Positions 58,781-64,000 of a DNA stretch of 64,000 nucleotides are shown piece by piece (positions within the stretch are counted from its first letter, which is position 1; each line of letters begins with the position of its first letter). The translations under genes and the position numbers were made by a program. This DNA comes from Tessaracoccus sp. GTDB lineage: Bacteria; Actinomycetota; Actinomycetes; Propionibacteriales; Propionibacteriaceae. The DNA lies in assembly GCA_041393555.1 (NCBI GenBank), contig JAWKJW010000021.1, forward strand, positions 4,918 through 68,917. Reading direction: 5' to 3'. Below the pieces are notes generated by a model. It had not been told where the DNA came from and made no database searches. It was given only the letters and a program-made list of their open reading frames with translations.

Positions 58781-60169
58781 ATGACCGCGCCGCACCCTGC
58801 GGGGACGCCCACGCTGGATCTGCCCAAGCCCCCCGGGGCCATACGGGGGCTGATGCGCCGACACCCGTGGTGGGTCGACGGGTTCATCGCCGGGTGCTAT
58901 CTGCTCGGCACCGTGCTGCTCATCCTGCTCAGCAGATTGGTGATCAGCGACATAGGGGAAGTTACCGGTGTCGCGACCCCCAACTATCTCCGTTGGCCCT
59001 GGTTGCTCCTCTTGCTTGTCATGGTGGGGGTCACGGCCGCAGCTCTGTTGCTGCGTCGCCGGTTCCCACTGGCCAGCCTGACCGCCGTGCTGGTCGTGGT
59101 GTTGCCAACCCCCGAGGACATGGAGCCCGTCGTGGGGGCGACCATAGCCGTGTGGATACTGCTCTATTCGGTACCCGTCTACCGCTCCGTCAAGGCCGCA
59201 TGGGTCGGTTATGGCCTCGCGGTCTTCTTCTCCCTCCTGCCGCTTCCCGCTTTGATGGGCGACCCGGTGACAGCCGACATCTCAGGTCCCGGTGGTGTGG
59301 TCTCATTCGCGATCACTTCGGCTCTGTTGATGCTGATCCCCGTGATCATCGGCATCAACGCCGGCAACCGGAAGCGCTACACCGAGGCCATCATCGATCG
59401 GGCCCATCAGTTGGCCCGGGAGCGTGATCAGAGAGCTCGCCTCGCCGTGGCCGAGGAACGCTCGCGGATTGCCCGCGAGATGCATGACATCGTCGCTCAC
59501 TCGGTCTCGGTGATGATCATGCTGTCCGAAGGTGCAGCCCGTGCGGCGGAGATTCAGCCCCAGGAGGCGGCGAAGGCGATGGGCCAATGCGCGGAGACGG
59601 GACGCTCGGCACTGGGGGAGATGCGGCGGCTCATCGGCGCCTTGCGTGAACCGGATGCCGAGGCCAGCGTGCCCGAAGCGGTGGAGTTGGAGCCCACTCC
59701 CGGGGTGGAGGCGCTGCCGGAGCTGGTGGAGGGCTTCCGTGCCGCGGGACTTCAGGTCGACCTCACGTTGAAGGGCGCGACGGGAGGATCGGCTCATGCC
59801 GGAGGGCAGGGACGAGAGCTGGCGGTGTATCGCACGGTCCAGGAGGCGTTGACCAACACGCTGCGCCACGCTGGCAGGGGAGCCTCGGCGACGGTGCTGG
59901 TCGATCAGCGCGAGGGCTCGACGATCGTGCGGGTCACCGACGACGGCGGGCAACCCGGGCAGCCCGCCCCCATGTCGGGCGTGGGATCGGGACAGGGCTT
60001 GATCGGGCTTGGCGAGCGCGTGCGCCTCTACGGTGGCGAACTCGAATTCGGGCCCACCGGCTCACGAGGATGGCGTGTCTCGGCCATGCTGCCGGAGCCT
60101 GGCGCGCCGACGGAAGGTCTCCGCTCGGGCAGCGCGACCATCGGATACGGAAGTGGGGACCCACGGTGA
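58781..60169 (+). CDS. Membrane sensor histidine kinase (HisKA_3)
   Basis: TM segments, RIAREMHDIVAH, QEALTN..RHA, DDG, GQGLIG; the true start is likely MTAPHP. Confidence 0.9.
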   Translation: MTAPHPAGTPTLDLPKPPGAIRGLMRRHPWWVDGFIAGCYLLGTVLLILLSRLVISDIGEVTGVATPNYLRWPWLLLLLVMVGVTAAALLLRRRFPLASLTAVLVVVLPTPEDMEPVVGATIAVWILLYSVPVYRSVKAAWVGYGLAVFFSLLPLPALMGDPVTADISGPGGVVSFAITSALLMLIPVIIGINAGNRKRYTEAIIDRAHQLARERDQRARLAVAEERSRIAREMHDIVAHSVSVMIMLSEGAARAAEIQPQEAAKAMGQCAETGRSALGEMRRLIGALREPDAEASVPEAVELEPTPGVEALPELVEGFRAAGLQVDLTLKGATGGSAHAGGQGRELAVYRTVQEALTNTLRHAGRGASATVLVDQREGSTIVRVTDDGGQPGQPAPMSGVGSGQGLIGLGERVRLYGGELEFGPTGSRGWRVSAMLPEPGAPTEGLRSGSATIGYGSGDPR

Positions 60170-60858
60170 GTGAACAGATACGTGTGCTGCTGGTTGATGA
60201 TCAAGATCTCATTCGCACCGGGTTCCGGTTGATCCTGCTGGGGGAGCCGGACATCACCGTCGTCGGGGAAGCCTCCGACGGGCAAGGGGCGCTCGCGGAG
60301 CTGGCACGGCTCGGCGGTGCCTGCGACGTGGTGCTGATGGACGTTCGGATGCCGCGAATGAACGGCATCGATGCCACTCACCGGATCGTGGCCGAGTTCC
60401 CGGAGGCGCGGGTGCTCGTCCTCACGACCTTCGACCTCGATGAGTACGCCCAGGCGGCGGTGCAGGCGGGAGCGAGCGGTTTCCTGCTCAAGGATGCGCG
60501 CCCGACGGAGTTGGTCGATGCGATCAGGCGAGTGGCCGCGGGTGACGCGGTGATGGCACCGGCTACCACGCGCCGAATGATGGAGCAGATGCGCGGCGCA
60601 AAGGTTGCCTTCCCTCGGGATGACGACCGGCCGGGTGCGGCGAGGAAGGCGACGGCGAACGAAGCCCTGAGCGCGCTCACCGAGCGAGAGCGAGAGGTGC
60701 TGGTGCTGATCGCTGAGGGGCTCAACAATTCGGAAATCAGCGAACGGCTCTATCTCTCGGAATCGACGGTGAAGACCCACGTCGGCCGGGTGCTGTTCAA
60801 ACTCGACCTGCGCGATCGCATCCACGCCGTGATCCTCGCGAAGGAACTCGGTCTCTAA
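60166..60858 (+). CDS. NarL/LuxR family response regulator
   Basis: LVDDQ, MDVRMP, LTEREREV..TVKTH; the GTG overlaps the kinase stop. Confidence 0.93.
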   Translation: MSEQIRVLLVDDQDLIRTGFRLILLGEPDITVVGEASDGQGALAELARLGGACDVVLMDVRMPRMNGIDATHRIVAEFPEARVLVLTTFDLDEYAQAAVQAGASGFLLKDARPTELVDAIRRVAAGDAVMAPATTRRMMEQMRGAKVAFPRDDDRPGAARKATANEALSALTEREREVLVLIAEGLNNSEISERLYLSESTVKTHVGRVLFKLDLRDRIHAVILAKELGL

Positions 60859-60985
60859 CGCCTAGTACCGGGGTACCACCCGTGGTGGTCGTGGTACCCG
60901 AAGACAGCCCCGGCGGGTGACGCGCGAAGGTGTCTTTTCTCGGAAAGCTTGGGAGCACACAAGCCACCCACCGAGGAGACAGAAA

Positions 60986-61930
60986 ATGATCACCGCACGC
61001 GGCCTCAGTAAGCGCTACGGCAACAAGCTGGCGCTGGACGACGTCAGCTTCGACATCGAACCCGGACTCGTCACCGGCTTCCTGGGACCTAATGGCGCCG
61101 GCAAGTCCACCTCGATGAGGCTGATGGTTGGCCTCGATCGCCCCACGTCGGGTGAGGTGACCATCGCCGGTAAGCCCTTCGTCCAGCACGGTGCTCCCCT
61201 CACCGTCGCGGGTGTGCTGCTCGACGCGAAGGGTGTTCACCCCGGTCGTTCCGCGCGCAGCCACCTGCGTGCTCTGGCCGCCACTCACGGCATCGGCGCG
61301 CAACGCGTCGACCAGGTACTCGAGATGACCGGTCTCACCGATGTCGCCAGCAAGCGCGTCGGCGGCTTCTCCCTGGGTATGGGCCAGCGCCTCGGCATCG
61401 CCGCCGCCCTGCTCGGTGATCCCCAGGTGCTGATCCTGGACGAACCGGTCAACGGTCTCGATCCCGACGGTGTGATGTGGGTGCGCAACCTCGTGCGGAG
61501 CCAGGCTGCTGCGGGCAAGACCGTGCTGCTCTCCAGCCATTTGATGAGCGAGATGGCGCAGACCGCCGACCACATCATCGTGCTGGGTCGCGGCCGCGTC
61601 GTCGCCGACGCCCCGGTCTCCGAACTGCTGAATGCGAGTGCCCCCAGCACCCGGGTGATCACCCCGGAGACGCCGCGGCTGGTGCACGTCTTGCGAAGCG
61701 CCCGATTCCCCGAAATGGGTAGCACCGAACTGAGCATCGATGTCGACAACGACGGTGCGCTCACGATCCGCGGCATCGACGCGGTTCAGGTGGGCCAGGT
61801 CTGCGCGCAGCACGGTATCGAACTGCACCAACTGACCACGGTGACCGGCAGCCTCGAAGACGCCTACCTCACGCTCACACGCGGCGAGCTCGAATACGAG
61901 ACGCGCGAGCCCGCCGGTATCCCGGCCTGA
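60986..61930 (+). CDS. ABC transporter ATP-binding protein (BcrA-like)
   Basis: GPNGAGKS, FSLGMGQRLG, LDEPVNGLDP. Confidence 0.93.
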   Translation: MITARGLSKRYGNKLALDDVSFDIEPGLVTGFLGPNGAGKSTSMRLMVGLDRPTSGEVTIAGKPFVQHGAPLTVAGVLLDAKGVHPGRSARSHLRALAATHGIGAQRVDQVLEMTGLTDVASKRVGGFSLGMGQRLGIAAALLGDPQVLILDEPVNGLDPDGVMWVRNLVRSQAAAGKTVLLSSHLMSEMAQTADHIIVLGRGRVVADAPVSELLNASAPSTRVITPETPRLVHVLRSARFPEMGSTELSIDVDNDGALTIRGIDAVQVGQVCAQHGIELHQLTTVTGSLEDAYLTLTRGELEYETREPAGIPA

Positions 61931-61969
61931 TCACCCCGAACGCTTCTGCATCGATTAAGGATTCCTCTC

Positions 61970-62839
61970 ATGACCGCCACCACCGCCATCCAACCCACCG
62001 TCGTCACCCTCCCCGCTAACCGATCCGCCCGCCTGAACTTCGGTGGCGTCGTGCGCTCCGAATGGATCAAGGCCCTCTCGCTTCGCTCGATCCGCTGGAG
62101 CATGATCGTCTCGATTGGACTGGGCATCGCGATGAGCGTCGTCATCGCCTTTGCGCTCCAAGCGCTGGCCACCGAGGTGCCGTTCGGCAGCCACGTCGAG
62201 TTCCTGACCACGGTCACCAGCTTCCCTGCCAGCTTCCTCGCCCTGGTGTTCGGTGTGCTCGGGGTGTTCGTCTTCTCCAGCGAATACGCCTCCGGCATGA
62301 TCCTGTCGACCCTGACCGCCGCGCCGCGACGCGGCACCGTGATGGCTGCCAAGGCCCTGGTGCTCACCATCCTGTCCGCCGCCGTCGCCGCGCTGGTGAT
62401 TGCCGCCGGCCTCACGATCTCCGTGATCCTGATGCCCGAGGCCGCGGGCAGCATCCTGGAGCCCCAGACCCTGACCGGTCTGCTCGGCACCACGGCGTTC
62501 CTCGTGGCGATCGCACTGTTCGCCTTCGCCGTCGCCGGCATCGTGCGCAGTACCGCGGGTGGCATCACGGTCGTGGTTGGCGTGCTCTTCCTGCTCCCGA
62601 CGATCCTGCAGATCACGGCGCAGCTCACCGAATGGACCTGGGTCGCACAGGTGATGAACTATCTCCCGAGCATGCTGGGTTCCGTCGTCGGAGCTGGCGT
62701 CACCGATGCGGCCGCCGGCGGCATGGATCTGGCCGTTCGGATGCCGGGCTACGGCGAGGCAATGGCCTCGCTCGCGGTGTGGGCACTGATCCCGATGGCT
62801 GTTGCGGCCTGGCTCTTCTCCTCGCGCGACGCCAAGTAA
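61970..62839 (+). CDS. ABC-2 type permease
   Basis: RSEWIK..SLRS, SEYASGMI..TL.A.PRR, C-terminal RDA; six TM segments. Confidence 0.88.
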   Translation: MTATTAIQPTVVTLPANRSARLNFGGVVRSEWIKALSLRSIRWSMIVSIGLGIAMSVVIAFALQALATEVPFGSHVEFLTTVTSFPASFLALVFGVLGVFVFSSEYASGMILSTLTAAPRRGTVMAAKALVLTILSAAVAALVIAAGLTISVILMPEAAGSILEPQTLTGLLGTTAFLVAIALFAFAVAGIVRSTAGGITVVVGVLFLLPTILQITAQLTEWTWVAQVMNYLPSMLGSVVGAGVTDAAAGGMDLAVRMPGYGEAMASLAVWALIPMAVAAWLFSSRDAK

Positions 62840-62862
62840 TAGCTAAGTAATAAATGAATCCC

Positions 62863-62894
62863 CGCGGGGCCGGCCTCACGAGGCCGGCCCCGCG
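62863..62894 (+). terminator. Hairpin after the ABC operon
   Basis: CGCGGGGCCGGCCTC-AC-GAGGCCGGCCCCGCG. Confidence 0.7.
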
Positions 62895-63030
62895 CTGTGC
62901 TCAGATGGCGATGTCCCCGGGGCGCAGCATTTCCTCCCACAGCCTCCTCCCGCGACGACGGGCAAGGAGCGTGCGGTAGTCTGATCGACGGTGCAAACGC
63001 ACCGATCCTGACGTGAGAGGACCCGCTTTC

Positions 63031-63525
63031 ATGAAGTTGACTCGACTCGTTCCTGTCGCCGCGGCCGTCGCCATGCTCGCCGCCTGCAGCCCGCTCCCCA
63101 GCACTGTGTCGCTCGTCAACGGCGAGCGGGTCAGCGCCGAGGACCTGCAGCGCAGCATCGATGGGTGCGCAGAGCTCGGGTACACCACCCAGGAACTTCC
63201 GGTCAAGCAACACGTGCTCTTCCTCACCGCGGGAGAGCTGGTCAACCAGGTTGCCGCCAACCATGGCATCGAGTTCGCCGAGGGCGAGCTGCGTGCACTG
63301 GCTCAGCAGACCCAGCTCGCCGGTGTGCTGGGTAATGAGGAATGTGCGCGACTGTCTTATCCCGGCGTCAGCCTGGGGCTACTGACCGAGGCGGTCGGCG
63401 ACGAGGAGATCCTCTCCGAGCTTAGAGGCGCCGACGTTGAGATCAATCCTCGTTATGGCGAGTGGGACGCAGAAACCCTGAGCCTGGTGGGCAGCGGGTC
63501 TCTATCGGTACCCACCGCACCGTAA
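63031..63525 (+). CDS. Lipoprotein (SurA N-terminal-like)
   Basis: Lipobox LAAC; VNGE.VS and VEINPRYGEWD; usual neighbour of mazG. Confidence 0.7.
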   Translation: MKLTRLVPVAAAVAMLAACSPLPSTVSLVNGERVSAEDLQRSIDGCAELGYTTQELPVKQHVLFLTAGELVNQVAANHGIEFAEGELRALAQQTQLAGVLGNEECARLSYPGVSLGLLTEAVGDEEILSELRGADVEINPRYGEWDAETLSLVGSGSLSVPTAP

Positions 63526-63532
63526 GGCCGCC

Positions 63533-64000
63533 ATGTCCGACGCCTTGGAGCGGCTCCGCGACGTCATGGCGACACTGCGGGTCCGCTGTCCTTGGGATGC
63601 CGCGCAGACCCACGCCTCGCTGCTGAATCACCTCATCGAAGAGGCGTGCGAAGTGGTCGATGCTGTCGAAGAAGGCACCGACGACGACGTGCGCGAGGAA
63701 CTCGGCGACCTGCTTCTGCAGGTCTATTTCCATGCTCAGATCGCGACGGACGAGGGGAGATTCACCCTCGACGATGTCGCCGACGGTATCGCGGACAAAC
63801 TGGTGCGCCGTCATCCCCACGTCTTCGCCGACGCGGAGACACCTGGCGACGTGCGGGCGAACTGGGAGGTGGCCAAGAAGGTCGAAAAGGGCAGGGACTC
63901 CTCCCTGGACGGCATCGCTCGTTCCATGAGCGTGCTGGCCAGGGCGCACAAGGTGATCTCGCGCACCCGCTCGCACGAGGTAGCGGTGGACCTGCCAGCC
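63533..64000 (+). CDS. mazG: MazG nucleoside triphosphate pyrophosphohydrolase (partial)
   Basis: CPWDAAQTHASL..LIEE..E..DA, EELGDLLLQV.FH, KLVRRHPHVF, read by hand. Confidence 0.93.
   Translation, partial: MSDALERLRDVMATLRVRCPWDAAQTHASLLNHLIEEACEVVDAVEEGTDDDVREELGDLLLQVYFHAQIATDEGRFTLDDVADGIADKLVRRHPHVFADAETPGDVRANWEVAKKVEKGRDSSLDGIARSMSVLARAHKVISRTRSHEVAVDLPA

Noticed and set aside
58187-60169. 660-aa flavodoxin-kinase fusion in the ORF track
   Set aside because: The upstream part is a broken flavodoxin read through by chance; the kinase plausibly starts at 58781.
39398-62900. Integrative element or prophage at tRNA-Ala
   Set aside because: No integrase, phage genes or duplicated tRNA 3' end were found; island status is only suggestive.

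Overview
High-GC actinobacterial DNA; gene content and synteny suggest Propionibacteriaceae (Tessaracoccus/Arachnia-like), which is an inference. From left to right: (1) a type 2 BREX/Pgl defence operon on the minus strand (pglW-pglX-pglY-pglZ, running off the left edge). (2) Housekeeping genes: nagA, a DtxR/IdeR regulator, a methyltransferase, trxA, and a GltD-like/PFOR/DHOD-like redox triad. (3) An accessory zone at 24.1-32.9 kb punctuated by five 48-bp TTAA-bounded palindromes. Two of them bracket an orphan AbiEi/DUF559-like nuclease gene and one has received two stacked IS elements. (4) A core block: SH3 peptidase, tRNA-Arg, UDPGP-type UGPase, mscL, SAF, FmdB, 5-FTHF cyclo-ligase, GlpR-like, tRNA-Ala. 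(5) An island-like region after tRNA-Ala containing a second stacked IS pair, an IS630-disrupted phosphoesterase, a RAT/BglG PTS cluster, two TCS/ABC modules, an HNH-rtcB operon behind a putative leader-peptide attenuator, and a broken P450. (6) A lipoprotein and mazG. The best candidates for undescribed biology are the palindrome/AbiEi-DUF559 module and the attenuator-controlled HNH-RtcB unit. Many frameshifts look like possible long-read consensus errors. All family assignments come from motif recognition; no database search was run.
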